DNA of 64,000 nucleotides from Thermoplasmata archaeon (GCA_049584655.1 JBAUYF010000027.1:139836-203835), one strand, 5' to 3'. Positions 35,407 through 47,145 are shown, counted from the stretch's first letter. Program-made: numbers and translations. Notes: a model not told the origin generated them from the letters alone.

Positions 35407-37323
35407 ATGGCGCAACCCCCGGCTCCTTCGCTCAAGGATCGATTCACGTCCCTCGATACGCTCGCCGTAGTTCGGGAGCTTCGAGCGCTGGGGCGATGGC
35501 GCGTCGACAAAGTCTTCGACCGAATCGGGGGGGGGTGGATCGTATCTCTCCGGGTCGCCGGAGAAGGGCGTCGCGAACTCGTCCTGGTCCCCGGTCGGTA
35601 CGCCGCCCTCATCCCGGAGCCGATGGCTCATACGGAGGAACTTTCGCCGATGGCGCGCGAGCTGCGTCGGTTGCTCTCTGGAGCCGTGGTCACCGAAGTT
35701 GCAGAACCGGCCGGCGAACGTTACCTGGAGATACAGCTCCAGCGCGCCGACTCCCCAGAAGGATTGACGCTGGCGCTCGAACTGTTTGGGACCGGTAACC
35801 TGCTGGTCGCCCGCGCGGGAACTATCGTGGCAGTTTTGCACGCCAAGACATGGGCCCATCGAGCCGTTCGGAGAGGCGCGACCTACCAGCGACCCCCGGT
35901 GCGATTGAACCCGTGGACCGCAACCTCGAGCGAACTCGAGTCGGAGTTTCTGCGTTCGCGCAACGACCGGACCCACACGCTAGCCGCGCGCCTCGCCCTC
36001 GGCGGACCGCTTGCCGAGGAAGTCATCGATCGTGCGAAGCTCGACGGATCGGTTCCCGCCTCGATCGATGCAGGATTAGCGGCCGGCGAAGTACATCGAA
36101 CCCTTCGAGAGTTACTGGCGGAAGTAGGCGAACGACCGAAGGGCTACCTCTACCGCACCAACGAAACGATCGTCGATGTCGAGCCGTTCCGCTCTGCACG
36201 TTGGTCGAAGGTTCCGGGGGTCGAGGAGAGTAGCACCTCCACGTTTGGCGAAGCCGCCCACGCGTTCTTTGACGGCCTCGTAACGGTAGCACCGCCAACG
36301 CCTGAGCGCGATGCCGGACCGAATCCGGAGCTCCTGCGTCAGCGGGACCAACAGTCTTCGGCAGTCTCTCAGCTACAAACGGAGGTCGCGGAATTCCAGG
36401 CCCAAGCCGACACGCTGTACTCCAACTATACCGAGGCCGAAGCGGCGCTGGCCGCAGCAACACGCGAGAGCGGGGCGCGGGACCGACGCGTGATGATTTC
36501 GGTGAACGGGCGCACCGTATCGGTTTTCCGAGATCGGACGATTCGAGAGTCGGCCCAGGCGCTCTATGACGAGGGTAAACGGGTTCAGGCAAAATTGAGC
36601 GGCGCGGTCGCAGCGCTTGCCGAGACCGAACTGCGAATTCGGGATTCCAAGGACGCGGAGGCCGCGAAGGCGGAAGAGGTTCGCGTTCGCGCGACGATGG
36701 CACCGCCGCGCAAATCCCACTGGTTTGAAAAGTACCGTTGGTTCATATCCTCAGAAGGCGCGGTCGTTGTCGCCGGTCGCGACGCGATTTCCAACGACCA
36801 CATCGTCCGACGCTACCTCCGCGACGGAGACATCTATCTTCACGCGGATATCCACGGCGCCGCGAGCGTGATCGTAAAGCATCCCGCCCCCGGCGCGCCG
36901 GAACTGACGGAGACCACCTATCGCGAAGCCGGTCAGTGGGCCGTCGCATACTCGAAGGCCTGGCGCGCCGGCCTCGCCTCGGCCGCCGCGTTCTGGGTCG
37001 CCCACGACCAAGTCTCTAAATCCGGAGCCAGCGGCGAATTCGTGGCAAAGGGAGCCTGGGTCATTCACGGCACCAAGCACGTCCTGCCCGACCTTCCGCT
37101 GGAACTCGCCATCGGCGAGATCGACTACCAGGGGGCTTCCTTGTGGACCGTGGCCCCGCCCCCCGCGGTGCGAGCTCGGGGAAAAGTCCGGTTCCTGTTG
37201 ACACCGGGGCTCGAACGAGAGCGAGATGAGCGCGAAGTGGCGCTCGCCCGGGACCTCGGCGTCCCACGATCGCGACTCCAATCGCTGCTGCCCGCCGGCG
37301 GCATTGACGTGCGTCGAGCGTAG
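35407..37323 (+). CDS. NFACT-family protein (archaeal RqcH/Tae2/FbpA homologue; ribosome quality control)
   Basis: NFACT-N (SLDTLAVVRELRAL...GRWRVDKVF...LVL...GNLLV), a central coiled coil, and NFACT-R/DUF814 (HWFEKYRWFISSEGAVVVAGRDAISNDHIVRRYLRDGDIYLHADIHGAASVIV). Confidence 0.8.
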   Translation: MAQPPAPSLKDRFTSLDTLAVVRELRALGRWRVDKVFDRIGGGWIVSLRVAGEGRRELVLVPGRYAALIPEPMAHTEELSPMARELRRLLSGAVVTEVAEPAGERYLEIQLQRADSPEGLTLALELFGTGNLLVARAGTIVAVLHAKTWAHRAVRRGATYQRPPVRLNPWTATSSELESEFLRSRNDRTHTLAARLALGGPLAEEVIDRAKLDGSVPASIDAGLAAGEVHRTLRELLAEVGERPKGYLYRTNETIVDVEPFRSARWSKVPGVEESSTSTFGEAAHAFFDGLVTVAPPTPERDAGPNPELLRQRDQQSSAVSQLQTEVAEFQAQADTLYSNYTEAEAALAAATRESGARDRRVMISVNGRTVSVFRDRTIRESAQALYDEGKRVQAKLSGAVAALAETELRIRDSKDAEAAKAEEVRVRATMAPPRKSHWFEKYRWFISSEGAVVVAGRDAISNDHIVRRYLRDGDIYLHADIHGAASVIVKHPAPGAPELTETTYREAGQWAVAYSKAWRAGLASAAAFWVAHDQVSKSGASGEFVAKGAWVIHGTKHVLPDLPLELAIGEIDYQGASLWTVAPPPAVRARGKVRFLLTPGLERERDEREVALARDLGVPRSRLQSLLPAGGIDVRRA

Positions 37324-37937
37324 ATGCGCTGGACCTCGCGGGCTTCAAACCCGTCGTCCTCGCGTCGCCACGTCCGACCGCGTGCCCGCAGACCGGCGAT
37401 GAAGAGTCGGTCTCCCTCCACCTGAATTTCCCCTCCAACCGTCAGGAAGGTCTGGGGCGGAACGACGATGCGGGCCGGTCGAGTTCGTCGCTCCTCAACG
37501 ATCGAAACCGGTACGGCGGCTCCTTCGTCGGGAGTGACCCAAATCGCACTGATCCGATCGACGATTTCGGAGGAGACCCGGTGTCCGGTGCGCGTGTCGA
37601 TCCGAAGAATGCGCACCGCAGGGTTCGAATCGGGGACACGGTGGCCGACCTCGAGTCGTTCCTTGCTCGGCCGTCGAAGGGACGTCGCTATTGAACGTGG
37701 CCCATCCGAAACGATCTGACGGATGCTCCGGAGTTCCGCGCGCTGGGTGGAGAAGGGATGCGTCCATCGACAGTCGTTGCATCGCGCCAATCCCTCGATG
37801 CGCCGAGCCTGCGGATCGGTGACCTTGACGATTCGATGGAGCGTTTCCCTCGCGCAGTTCTCACAATGGATCAACCCGCCCCGCAACCGAGTAGGAGTAG
37901 GGGTAGGCGGGGCTACCGAGCTCGGATCGTCCTCCAT
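37125..37937 (-). CDS. hypothetical Zn-ribbon (CxxC...CxxC) protein with beta-rich C-terminal domain
   Basis: The central 190 aa look protein-like (LIHCENCARETLHRIVKV...CNDCRWTHPF...VRILRIDTRTGHRVSSEIVDRISAIWV). The N- and C-terminal ORF-track extensions are Arg/Ser-rich and overlap the NFACT gene by about 200 nt. The boundaries are unreliable. Confidence 0.3.
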   Translation of the reverse strand: MEDDPSSVAPPTPTPTRLRGGLIHCENCARETLHRIVKVTDPQARRIEGLARCNDCRWTHPFSTQRAELRSIRQIVSDGPRSIATSLRRPSKERLEVGHRVPDSNPAVRILRIDTRTGHRVSSEIVDRISAIWVTPDEGAAVPVSIVEERRTRPARIVVPPQTFLTVGGEIQVEGDRLFIAGLRARGRTWRREDDGFEAREVQRIYARRTSMPPAGSSDWSRDRGTPRSRASATSRSSRSRSSPGVNRNRTFPRARTAGGGATVHKEAPW

Positions 37938-38026
37938 ACGGCTGTGGTGCCTCGAGTTAGACGCGCATAGCGTTTGAGGTTGGGTTTCGGGAACGCAAAC
38001 GTTTACGCGAAGCTGGCGTTCGGCCG

Positions 38027-39196
38027 ATGGGTAGCGCGGTGCGAATTGTCGTAGCGATTCATCGGTACTTTCCAGCGACCGGTGGGAGCGAGCGAACCGC
38101 ACAAGTAATCGCCGAGGGGGCGGCTCATCGGGGTCACGAAGTCACCGTCGTGACTCAAGCCGAAACGGGCGCGCCGGCCCGAGAGGTGCTCAACGGCGTC
38201 ACCGTCATTCGAATCGGGATGCGGAAGTTCGGACGCTTCCGCATCCCCCGCGGGTACCTCCCCGTGCTTCGCTCGTTGCCGGCGGATGTGTTCCATCTTC
38301 ACGGAAATCGGATCTGGTGCGTGGACTACTATCTCCCCTGGGCACGGTCCTTTTCGTGGCCTCAAGTGATCACGCCGCACGGTTTCTATCACTACTGGAT
38401 GCGGAGGGGTTTCATTCGCTGGCTCTACTACCAGCATTACTTTCCGGCTCGCCTCCGGGCGTTCGCCGCGTATGCGGCGCACACGGAAGGCGAGCGCGAC
38501 CAAGCCGTCAGCTGGGGGTATCCATCGGATCAGATCAAGGTCATTCCCGCTTCGGTAGACATCGCCGAATTCTCGTCGCCGCCCGTCGACATTCCGGCGG
38601 TCCGGGCCGCTTGGGGACTCTCTCCCCCTCGAATCGGCCTGTTTGTCGGGGCTCTCTTCGATAACAAGCGGGTCGATCGCTTGATTCGGGCAGTGGCGGC
38701 GACCCACGGGGAGTGGGGACTCGTCGTGATCGGTGCCGACGGCCCGACTTCGCCTTACGATCGAGGCCACTGTGAGCAACTCGCTCAACAGTTGGGCGCC
38801 CCCGTGCGTTTCCTCGGGCCGCAGCCGCGAGCGGCGGTCATCTCGGCAATGTTCGCGGCGGATGCGTACCTCCAGGGAAGCGCGTTCGAGGGTTTCGGAG
38901 TTAGCTTGCTCGAGGCCATGGCGGCAGGCCGCCCCTTCCTCGCCTTCGATACTGGTGCCGCGCATGAATTGAGTCGCACCGGCGCGGGCTTCTGTGTCCA
39001 AAGTGAGGGGGAGATGATCGAACGGCTGAAGGGCTCGACCGCTGAATTCAACTCGATGGGGGCTGTTGGGCGTGCGGCGGCCCGAGAATATTCACCCGAT
39101 CGCATGGTCGATCGCTATCTCGCCGTGTATGAGTCGATCGCCCGCCGATCGGGGGCCGTTTCCGAGAAGACCAGGGGGTCGGCCGGAAACCTGTAG
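38027..39196 (+). CDS. glycosyltransferase family 4
   Basis: Glyco_trans_4-like N-terminus (VRIVVAIHRYFPATGGSERTAQVIAEGAAHRGHEVTVVT) and GT1 C-terminus (EGFGVSLLEAMAAGRPFLAFD). The stop is followed by a T-run (TCCTTTTTT). Confidence 0.8.
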   Translation: MGSAVRIVVAIHRYFPATGGSERTAQVIAEGAAHRGHEVTVVTQAETGAPAREVLNGVTVIRIGMRKFGRFRIPRGYLPVLRSLPADVFHLHGNRIWCVDYYLPWARSFSWPQVITPHGFYHYWMRRGFIRWLYYQHYFPARLRAFAAYAAHTEGERDQAVSWGYPSDQIKVIPASVDIAEFSSPPVDIPAVRAAWGLSPPRIGLFVGALFDNKRVDRLIRAVAATHGEWGLVVIGADGPTSPYDRGHCEQLAQQLGAPVRFLGPQPRAAVISAMFAADAYLQGSAFEGFGVSLLEAMAAGRPFLAFDTGAAHELSRTGAGFCVQSEGEMIERLKGSTAEFNSMGAVGRAAAREYSPDRMVDRYLAVYESIARRSGAVSEKTRGSAGNL

Positions 39197-39381
39197 TCCT
39201 TTTTTCAATTGGGGCGGCCGTCTCGATTGGGGTGACGACGGGGTTCTTCGCTGTCCAGCCCGATTCGGGGGAGACCTTGGGCCCTACCGAGAAAGTTATC
39301 CCAAGATACCCATTCCAGGAATTCCCTCCCGCATCAAGTGCACCGGAGGGGGCGACTTCATCGCATGAAATCGGCTAAATC

Positions 39382-39990
39382 ATGCGGTCAAAAAGGATGA
39401 AGCGAAAGCGACGAACGGGTTGCGCTCCTCGAGCGTCTTGGAACGTTACGACGGCAGTCCTTACCGCCGGACTTCTGCTCCTGCTGGCCGGGTTCGTAGT
39501 AGCTCAAGGAGTGTCTTCTCTTCAGCCTCCCTCATCATCGAGCTCCAAATGCTATGTCAAGGTCGATTCCGTGACGGGAGTCAATTTCAAATCGCTCTCA
39601 AGCACGATCACGATCCACGGACGTTGCTTTGGGACGGATCCCCACTATGTTTCGCTCGCCCCGTACGGATACACAGGAAAGGATACCTATGATTGTGGAG
39701 GCGCGATCGACGGTCCCAGTCTTCGCTTCTTGGATTGGGGACAAGGTCAATGGGCCGCCGGGCGCTTCTTCGGCTCCGACGGGTCCTGCACGAGAACGAA
39801 TGCGATTGGACTGAATTACTTCGGTTGGAACGATACGACGATCGTGATTCACGGATTTGGAGACGGCCTGGGTCTCCCGGGTTCCGGGGCCACTTGGATC
39901 ATGTATCCGGGCGACGCATGTTCGATTGAGGTAGCGCATGACCGCGACGGAAGTCGGTACAACTATACGCTCCCTGCAGGGATTTGCTGA
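39382..39990 (+). CDS. hypothetical secreted Cys-containing protein with N-terminal signal/anchor
   Basis: Basic N-region and hydrophobic core (AVLTAGLLLLLAGFVVAQG), then a 160-aa domain with 7 Cys. No homology recognised. Confidence 0.45.
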   Translation: MRSKRMKRKRRTGCAPRASWNVTTAVLTAGLLLLLAGFVVAQGVSSLQPPSSSSSKCYVKVDSVTGVNFKSLSSTITIHGRCFGTDPHYVSLAPYGYTGKDTYDCGGAIDGPSLRFLDWGQGQWAAGRFFGSDGSCTRTNAIGLNYFGWNDTTIVIHGFGDGLGLPGSGATWIMYPGDACSIEVAHDRDGSRYNYTLPAGIC

Positions 39991-39998
39991 AGCGATAC

Positions 39999-40820
39999 TC
40001 AGTTCGACCGAACGGAGCCGTCGGGTTTCGGCAGGATTCGCGCGGCAACCTGTTGGCCGGCGGCGTTGCAGGCGACATACTCGAACGGATGGCCCGAGGC
40101 GCGGAGAAATTCAGCAAATGCCAGGTACTCGCCTCCCGTTTTCCAACCGGGATAGCCAAAATAGTCGTCGAAGACAAGGATCGTGCCCGGTACGATCCGA
40201 TCTCGTAGCGCTGAGAGGACCGTGGAAGTCGAGGAGTAAAGGTCGGCATCCAGATGGAGGAACGCCGCAGGGCGAGCGTCGAGGCGCTTCACAAATTCGG
40301 GAAGGGTCTGATCAAAATAGCCCGATACGACCACCGCATTCTTCGGGACTTCGGGCGGTTTTCCGTCTGGACGCGCGAACGTACCGGGCCAAACGCCCGG
40401 CTTCCAGTACTCCGGCAGGCCTCGAAACGAGTCGAATCCGTAGACGGTTCGGTTGACATGGCGGCAGATGAAACGCAGGCTCTGGCCGTCAGCCACCCCG
40501 AACTCCGCATAGAGCCCATCAAGGGACACCCGGCCGAGGGCGATCTCGAGGACATCCCAACGAGAAGCGGTCAATCGCGCTTGCGGCATCTGATCCCGAA
40601 TGAATTCGAGCTTCTCGACCGTGGCCGCATCCCGCTCCCCCTCGAGTTCCTGCAGCCAGTCGAGCGAACGGCCCCGCGCCATCGGGTCTACCAAGTTCGA
40701 CACGACGTATCGAAGCAGCCGGGGCGGCTCTTTGTGGGCAAAGTAGGCGAGACAAAGTCGCCCGAGGCAAAACATGCCCCATCGCAATCGGAGTTGGAGG
40801 TCCGATGGGGCAGCGTTCAC
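39999..40820 (-). CDS. class I SAM-dependent O-methyltransferase, TylF/MycF (macrocin-O-methyltransferase) family
   Basis: GLYAEFGVADGQSL, the YGFDSFRGLPE motif, and LHLDADLYSST...ILVFDDY. Confidence 0.7.
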   Translation of the reverse strand: MNAAPSDLQLRLRWGMFCLGRLCLAYFAHKEPPRLLRYVVSNLVDPMARGRSLDWLQELEGERDAATVEKLEFIRDQMPQARLTASRWDVLEIALGRVSLDGLYAEFGVADGQSLRFICRHVNRTVYGFDSFRGLPEYWKPGVWPGTFARPDGKPPEVPKNAVVVSGYFDQTLPEFVKRLDARPAAFLHLDADLYSSTSTVLSALRDRIVPGTILVFDDYFGYPGWKTGGEYLAFAEFLRASGHPFEYVACNAAGQQVAARILPKPDGSVRSN

Positions 40821-41018
40821 AACCCCACCGATGGTCGGCCCCTATAACGGATATCGCACGAACTCGGCTGGGGCAGTTCGGCTCTGCCCGCGGACCTAGA
40901 GAACCGACGAACTTCCAGCAGGTTTCGCCGGAAATCGGCTTGGCGAAATTTCATATCGGCCAGACCCGCCGCGGCAGCCCGCAGCTGCCGCGGGGCACCC
41001 GGGGAGGTCGAGGGGCCT

Positions 41019-41954
41019 TCACGCCTCGTTAATGACTTTCTGCGACCGGATGAACGTTCCCTTCCGGAGGTCGGATACGGCCTCCAATATCTCTTCTCGC
41101 GTGTTCATGACGATAGGGCCGTACCACGAGACCGGCTCGTGAAGTGGTTTCCCCGATACCAGAATGAAGCGCAATCCTCCTTCCTGCGCATGAATGCGTA
41201 CGACGTCCCCGTCGCCATACAGCACGGTATGGCCGGGGCGCGAAACCGATTCATCGGATGGACTGAAGGGGCTACTGTAGAGCGGCTGAGTTTCCTCCCC
41301 GACCGCGGGGGCGCCCATCGGATCGAAGCATCCCGCTCCCTCGATCGCCTGGGCGAACACTGTGTATCCCTTCTTGACCGGCAGATGGAATTTCGCATTC
41401 GGAGGAAGTGTCACGTCGAGATAGAGCGGGTCCACCGGGATGTGCTTGACCGGACCTTCGACTTTATCATAAGATCCGGCGATCACTTTCACGACGCAAC
41501 CGTCCTCGCCATGTACGACGGGGATCTCCGTAGCCCCGACCCCGCGATAGGCGGGCGTCTCCATCTTGAGGGTGTGCGGTAGATTGACCCAAAGCTGGAA
41601 ACCGGAGAGGAGCCCCTCCGTACGTTTGGGCATTTCCTGGTGCATGATACCGCTTCCAGCGCTCATCCACTGAACATCCCCAGAGTCGATGACGCCCTGA
41701 TTGCCGAGGGAGTCTTCGTGTTCCGTTTTCCCGGATAGCATGTACGTGACGGTCTCGAGCCCCCGGTGGGGGTGCCACGGGAATCCCTTCACATAGTCCG
41801 CGGGATCGGTCGATCCGAAATTATCGAGCAAAAGAAAAGGGTCGAGGAGGGGAACCTCGGTATTTCCGAACATCCGATGAAGGCGGACTCCGGCTCCCTC
41901 CATCGTTTCCGCGCCGCGGAACTTTCGACTGACGGTCCGTACGGTTTCTCCCAT
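41019..41954 (-). CDS. pirin family protein (bicupin)
   Basis: Pirin N-terminal motif GFPWHPHRGLETVTYMLSG and a C-terminal cupin. Confidence 0.85.
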   Translation of the reverse strand: MGETVRTVSRKFRGAETMEGAGVRLHRMFGNTEVPLLDPFLLLDNFGSTDPADYVKGFPWHPHRGLETVTYMLSGKTEHEDSLGNQGVIDSGDVQWMSAGSGIMHQEMPKRTEGLLSGFQLWVNLPHTLKMETPAYRGVGATEIPVVHGEDGCVVKVIAGSYDKVEGPVKHIPVDPLYLDVTLPPNAKFHLPVKKGYTVFAQAIEGAGCFDPMGAPAVGEETQPLYSSPFSPSDESVSRPGHTVLYGDGDVVRIHAQEGGLRFILVSGKPLHEPVSWYGPIVMNTREEILEAVSDLRKGTFIRSQKVINEA

Positions 41955-42376
41955 TTACGCCACCTCGTGATACAGAAGGCCTTCGTGACCACTCCTCAGC
42001 GCCCCGGCCGTCCTCCAATTGGACTCAAGAGAGCGCGAGGGATCCATGGTGACCCACAGCAGCACCAGGTCGTACTTAGCCCGGGCGTTACGGTCATTTC
42101 ACTTGGAGAGGTCGGAGTAGAGGCTGAGTTTGATTTCTCGAGTCGCTTTCGAGGAAACACGCGGATTCGGGAGGCAGAACTTCTGGTCGCAAGTCTCACG
42201 GCGCTCAGAAAATTGGACTGGCTACGGGTCGTGCGGGACTGACGGGCGACCCTGGCTTGCGGCGGGCGCTAGTACGAGCGCTAAAAGAACGAAACATCCT
42301 GCGCACGGCCGACTAGTACCGACCTCGAGGTACCGGCCCGCCACCTTTTCCTATTCGCGGTGTTGCCGCTGCCCAC

Positions 42377-44392
42377 ATGGGCGATTTGGATCTGACCCGC
42401 ATTAACACGCTTCGGTTCCTTGCAGTAGACTCGGTAGAAAAGGCGAAGTCCGGTCATCCGGGCCTGCCCCTTGGAGCGGCGCCCATGGCCTACGTTCTCT
42501 GGGACAGATTTCTGCGGCACAATCCAGCCGATCCGAAATGGCCGAATCGAGATCGGTTCGTTCTATCGGCAGGCCACGGGTCCGCCTTACTCTACGCGTT
42601 ACTCCACCTCACCGGCTACGATTTGCCCATCGAGGAGCTCAAGCAATTTCGCCAGTGGGGCAGTCGCACTCCCGGACATCCGGAGTACGGTCGAACCGCG
42701 GGAGTCGAGGCGACGACCGGTCCCTTGGGTCAGGGATTCGCGATGGGCGTAGGCATGGCAATCGCCGAACGCCACCTCGCGGCCACTTGGAACCGGGAGG
42801 GGATTCCGATCGTTGACCACTACACCTACGGCATTGTGTCGGATGGCGATCTGATGGAAGGAATTGCCTCCGAGGCGGCTTCGCTCGCGGGAACGCTCGG
42901 GCTGGGCAAGCTGATCTACCTCTACGACGACAATCACGTCACGCTCGAAGGTCCTACAGTCTGGGCGTTCACGGAGGATGTTCCGAAACGCTTCGAGGCG
43001 TATGGCTGGCAAGTGTTGCGAGTACCCGACGGGAACGACTTGAATGCGATCGATTCCGCGATCCGTCAAGCGCGTGAAGATATCACGCGACCTTCGCTGA
43101 TATGCGTGCGTACTCACCTCGGCTACGGTAGCCCGGTGCAAGACACCCGGGAAGCGCACGGTGAGCCCCTGGGTTCCGCGAACCTGAAAGCGACCAAGGA
43201 AAAGCTCGGATGGCCGTTGGAGCCGACGTTTCTCGTCCCTGAGGAGGTTCGAACGCATTTTCGCGCCGCGTTGAGCCGGGGCTCCCAGTGGCAGAAGGAG
43301 TGGGAAGCAGTTCGAGACCGACTCCGTTCAGAACAACCGGCGCAGGCGCATCAGATTGAAGCGCAGATCGCAGGCATGCTCCCGACAAATTGGGACTCTC
43401 AGTTGCCCACGTTTAAGCCGAGCGACGGGCCGATGGCCACGCGAGATGCCTCCCAGAAGGTTCTGGATGCGCTGGCACCCAAACTACTAGCGCTACTTGG
43501 GGGTGCCGCGGATTTGTCTCCCTCGACGAAGACGCTGCTGCCGGGCGCGCCCGACTACTCCCACTCCGACGCGCTGGGGCGTAACTTCCACTTTGGTGTT
43601 CGCGAACACGCCATGGTCGGCTGCCTCAACGGCATGGCCCTGCACGGTGGATTGATCCCATACGGCGGAACCTTCCTGGTCTTCTCGGATTACGCTCGAG
43701 GTGCTATTCGGCTTGCGGCGCTGCAACAGACCCATATTGTGTTGGTCTTCACGCACGACAGCATCGGAATGGGCGAGGACGGGCCGACTCACCAACCGAT
43801 CGAGCACTTGGCGAGTCTGCGGGCGATCCCGGGTCTCGCAGTGTTTCGACCCGCTGATGCGAATGAGAGTGTTGCCGCCTGGAAGGTGGCCGTCGAGCGC
43901 AACGGACCGTCCGCGCTGGTCTTCACTCGACAGAAGATTCCAATCATGGACCCCAACCGGTATCGGATTGCGGAGGGGACTCCGCGCGGCGGGTATGTGC
44001 TGTCCGAGGCCCCCTCCGGTCAGCCGGACCTGATCCTGATTGCCACGGGCTCGGAAGTTGCGCTCGTATTGGAGGTGCAGAGTCGCTTGGTCGAGAAAGG
44101 AATCCAAACGCGCGTCGTGTCGTTGCCGTGCTGGAAGCTTTTCGACGAACAGTCGACCGACTATCAAGAGTCAGTCCTGCCGAGGAACGTCCCCAAAGTT
44201 TCAGTCGAGGCCGGGAGTACGCTGGGTTGGTCTCGCTACGTGGGCTCGACTGGAGCATCCATCGGGATCGATCACTTCGGCGCTTCCGCACCGGGACCGA
44301 TCCTCCTAAGAGAATTCGGGTTCACCGCAGATCACGTGATTGAGGTGGTCGAGCGGTCGCTCGGCCAGCGTATTCAGGTGAGCGCACCATGA
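42377..44392 (+). CDS. tkt: transketolase, full-length single-chain (671 aa)
   Basis: TPP-binding N-terminus ([27 protein letters not shown]), GDGDLMEG, and pyrimidine-binding and C-terminal domains in one ORF. Confidence 0.9.
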   Translation: MGDLDLTRINTLRFLAVDSVEKAKSGHPGLPLGAAPMAYVLWDRFLRHNPADPKWPNRDRFVLSAGHGSALLYALLHLTGYDLPIEELKQFRQWGSRTPGHPEYGRTAGVEATTGPLGQGFAMGVGMAIAERHLAATWNREGIPIVDHYTYGIVSDGDLMEGIASEAASLAGTLGLGKLIYLYDDNHVTLEGPTVWAFTEDVPKRFEAYGWQVLRVPDGNDLNAIDSAIRQAREDITRPSLICVRTHLGYGSPVQDTREAHGEPLGSANLKATKEKLGWPLEPTFLVPEEVRTHFRAALSRGSQWQKEWEAVRDRLRSEQPAQAHQIEAQIAGMLPTNWDSQLPTFKPSDGPMATRDASQKVLDALAPKLLALLGGAADLSPSTKTLLPGAPDYSHSDALGRNFHFGVREHAMVGCLNGMALHGGLIPYGGTFLVFSDYARGAIRLAALQQTHIVLVFTHDSIGMGEDGPTHQPIEHLASLRAIPGLAVFRPADANESVAAWKVAVERNGPSALVFTRQKIPIMDPNRYRIAEGTPRGGYVLSEAPSGQPDLILIATGSEVALVLEVQSRLVEKGIQTRVVSLPCWKLFDEQSTDYQESVLPRNVPKVSVEAGSTLGWSRYVGSTGASIGIDHFGASAPGPILLREFGFTADHVIEVVERSLGQRIQVSAP

Positions 44393-47145
44393 CGAGTCTC
44401 ACCGCCCTGCTGGAACGTGGTCAGTCACCCTGGCTCGACTACATTCGTCGAAGCCTCCTGACCAGCGGCGAACTGAAACGGATGGTCGAACAGGATGGGA
44501 TCACGGGGGTCACGATCAACCCCACCATCTTCGAGAAAGCCATCGCCGGAAGTCACGATTACGACGCATCGCTCCAGGAGATCCTGGGGGGCGAACCCCA
44601 CTTGGCCCCCGCGGAACTCTATGAACGGCTCGCGGTGGAAGACGTGCGTTTAGCCGCCGATGTGCTCCGCCCTGTCTTCGATCGCACGGGAGGAAAGGAC
44701 GGATTTGTCAGTCTAGAGGTCGCCCCCGGACTTGCCCATGATACCGCCGGTACGATCTCGGAGGCTCGACGCCTCTGGGGGGAGGTCAACCGGCCGAATC
44801 TTCTCATTAAAGTCCCGGGGACGAAAGAAGGAGTTCCGGCGATCGAGGCGCTTCTCGCCGAGGGCATCAATATCAACATCACGCTTCTGTTCTCGCTTTC
44901 TCAGTACGAAGCGGTCGCGCAAGCCTATCTGCGCGGATTAGCGCGCGTTCACGACCCCGCGCAACTTGCCTCCGTCGCTTCCGTCTTTGTAAGTCGCATC
45001 GATACCGCGGTCGATCGATCGCTTGATGCATCGACTTCCCCCGATGCTTCCGCATTGAAGGGAAAAGTCGCGATCGCCAACTCGCGTGTGATCTACGCGC
45101 GGTTTCAGGAGATCTTCCACGGGACTTCATTCGCGCCATGGCTCGCGCGCGGCGCACGCCCGCAGCGGGTCCTTTGGGCGAGCACGAGCACCAAGGACCC
45201 CCATTTCCGAGATACCCTCTACGTAGAGGAGCTGATCGGGCCCGAGACCGTCGATACGATCCCACCGGCAACTATCACGGCGTTCGAAGACCACGGAGTC
45301 GTACGCGGCGACACGCTCGGAGAAGGACTGTCCGAGGCGCAGGAGTTGCTCCGACGAGCTGCGCGCGCGGGGATCAACCTCGAAAAGATCACCGACGATC
45401 TACAAACCGAGGGTGTCGCGCTGTTCTCGGACTCCTACGCACTCCTCCTCCGGTCGCTTGCGACGAAGAAGGAGACTATCCTAGTCGGTCGGGTCGACCC
45501 GCAGTCCTGGTCGCTGGGGAGCAGTGGGGACCGCGTCGCGGCGCGGCTGCAGAGTTGGCAAGGCAATCGAGTTGCGGAGCGATTCTGGAAGCGCGACGCC
45601 ACATTGTGGCCGGCCGCGCCCCCGACGGACGTGGCGGAGCGAATGGGCTGGCTCCACCTTCCAGAGCTAATGCAGGAACAAGTGGCGCGACTCGAGAATG
45701 TAGCGAACCAAATCCGATCCGAAGGGTTTCGACACGTCGTCGTTCTTGGGATGGGTGGATCGAGCCTTGCCCCGGACGTTCTACGGGGGCTCTTCGGGCA
45801 CCGGCCGGGGTATCCGGAGTTGCTCGTGCTCGATAGCACACACCCCGACGCGATCGCGTCCCTGCGCCGCATCATCGACCCCGCGCATACGTTCTTCCTC
45901 GTCTCCAGCAAATCAGGAACGACCACCGAACCCCTTTCCTTCTATCGTTACTTTTGGGAGCAGTTGCGGGTGGCCGGTGTAGCGCCGGGTCGCGGCTTCG
46001 CGGCGATCACAGATCCCGGCACACCCCTGGAGAAGCTCGCCCGGGAGCAAGGATTCCGCGAGGTGTTCCTAGCGCTCCCGTCCGTCGGGGGGCGGTATTC
46101 CGCCCTCACCATGTTCGGTCTCGTCCCAGCGGCGCTGATCGGCATCGACGTCCGTGCCTTGCTGGACCGCGCCTGGACGATGGCGGAAGCCTGCGCCCCT
46201 TCACTTCCGGTCAGTGAGAATCCGGGACTCAGCCTCGGGGCGGTTCTGGGGGAACTTGGGAACTCGGGTCGGGATAAGTTGACGTTCTTCGCGGCCGCGG
46301 GATTTGCCCCATTTCCGATCTGGGTCGAACAATTAGTGGCGGAAAGTACCGGCAAGATCGATAAAGGAATCGTCCCCGTCGTCGACGAACCCCCGATTTC
46401 CCCCGAGCAGTATGGCTCAGACCGACTCTTCGTCGAGATCCAGGTCGGAGCGACACCGGATGCCGCGCTCGCCGCCCACACGTCTCGACTTGAGTCTGCG
46501 GGCTTCCCGGTCATTCGGATTCGCGTCGCCCACTCGCTCGCGGTCGGAGAGGAGTTCTTCCGGTGGGAGGTCGCGGTGGCCAGTTCGGGAATGATCCTGG
46601 GTATCGACCCCTATGACCAGCCCGATGTCGAGCTCGCGAAGGAACTTGCGCGAAAGGCGATGGCCCAGCCCGGCGGGGTCTCCGGGGCCTCCGGTGTCGT
46701 AACGGTTCCGAGCGCCGATCGCGCCGCACTGGTCGCGGCATTCAACCGGTGGCTGGCTTCCTGTCGGCCCGGGGACTACGTCGGGATCCAGGCGTATCTT
46801 GCGCCCAACGCATCGACGTTGACGACGCTAGAAGCGCTGCGCCAAGGCCTTCTGGAGCGGCTTCACGTCGCCACCACTTTCGGCTACGGACCGCGGTTTC
46901 TCCACTCAACAGGACAGCTTCACAAGGGTGGTCCGAACACCGGTCTATTTCTCCAACTGGTCGACACTCCGACCCAGGACATCCCGGTTCCCGGAGAGAA
47001 CTTCACCTTTGGCGAGCTGATCCGGTCCCAATCGCTGGGCGATTACCAAGCCCTCGAGCAGAAGCATCGTCGGGTTCTTCGGGTGGACTTGGGTGCCGAT
47101 GTCGACGGCGGCCTCCAGATCTTGTTGGGAGCGCTCCGTGGCTGA
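44389..47145 (+). CDS. bifunctional transaldolase / glucose-6-phosphate isomerase (918 aa)
   Basis: The N-terminal 370 aa are transaldolase (SPWLDYIRR...[11 protein letters not shown]...LIKVPGT). The C-terminal 540 aa are PGI ([11 protein letters not shown], ...SKSGTTTEP). Start overlaps the tkt stop (ATGA). Confidence 0.85.
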   Translation: MTSLTALLERGQSPWLDYIRRSLLTSGELKRMVEQDGITGVTINPTIFEKAIAGSHDYDASLQEILGGEPHLAPAELYERLAVEDVRLAADVLRPVFDRTGGKDGFVSLEVAPGLAHDTAGTISEARRLWGEVNRPNLLIKVPGTKEGVPAIEALLAEGININITLLFSLSQYEAVAQAYLRGLARVHDPAQLASVASVFVSRIDTAVDRSLDASTSPDASALKGKVAIANSRVIYARFQEIFHGTSFAPWLARGARPQRVLWASTSTKDPHFRDTLYVEELIGPETVDTIPPATITAFEDHGVVRGDTLGEGLSEAQELLRRAARAGINLEKITDDLQTEGVALFSDSYALLLRSLATKKETILVGRVDPQSWSLGSSGDRVAARLQSWQGNRVAERFWKRDATLWPAAPPTDVAERMGWLHLPELMQEQVARLENVANQIRSEGFRHVVVLGMGGSSLAPDVLRGLFGHRPGYPELLVLDSTHPDAIASLRRIIDPAHTFFLVSSKSGTTTEPLSFYRYFWEQLRVAGVAPGRGFAAITDPGTPLEKLAREQGFREVFLALPSVGGRYSALTMFGLVPAALIGIDVRALLDRAWTMAEACAPSLPVSENPGLSLGAVLGELGNSGRDKLTFFAAAGFAPFPIWVEQLVAESTGKIDKGIVPVVDEPPISPEQYGSDRLFVEIQVGATPDAALAAHTSRLESAGFPVIRIRVAHSLAVGEEFFRWEVAVASSGMILGIDPYDQPDVELAKELARKAMAQPGGVSGASGVVTVPSADRAALVAAFNRWLASCRPGDYVGIQAYLAPNASTLTTLEALRQGLLERLHVATTFGYGPRFLHSTGQLHKGGPNTGLFLQLVDTPTQDIPVPGENFTFGELIRSQSLGDYQALEQKHRRVLRVDLGADVDGGLQILLGALRG

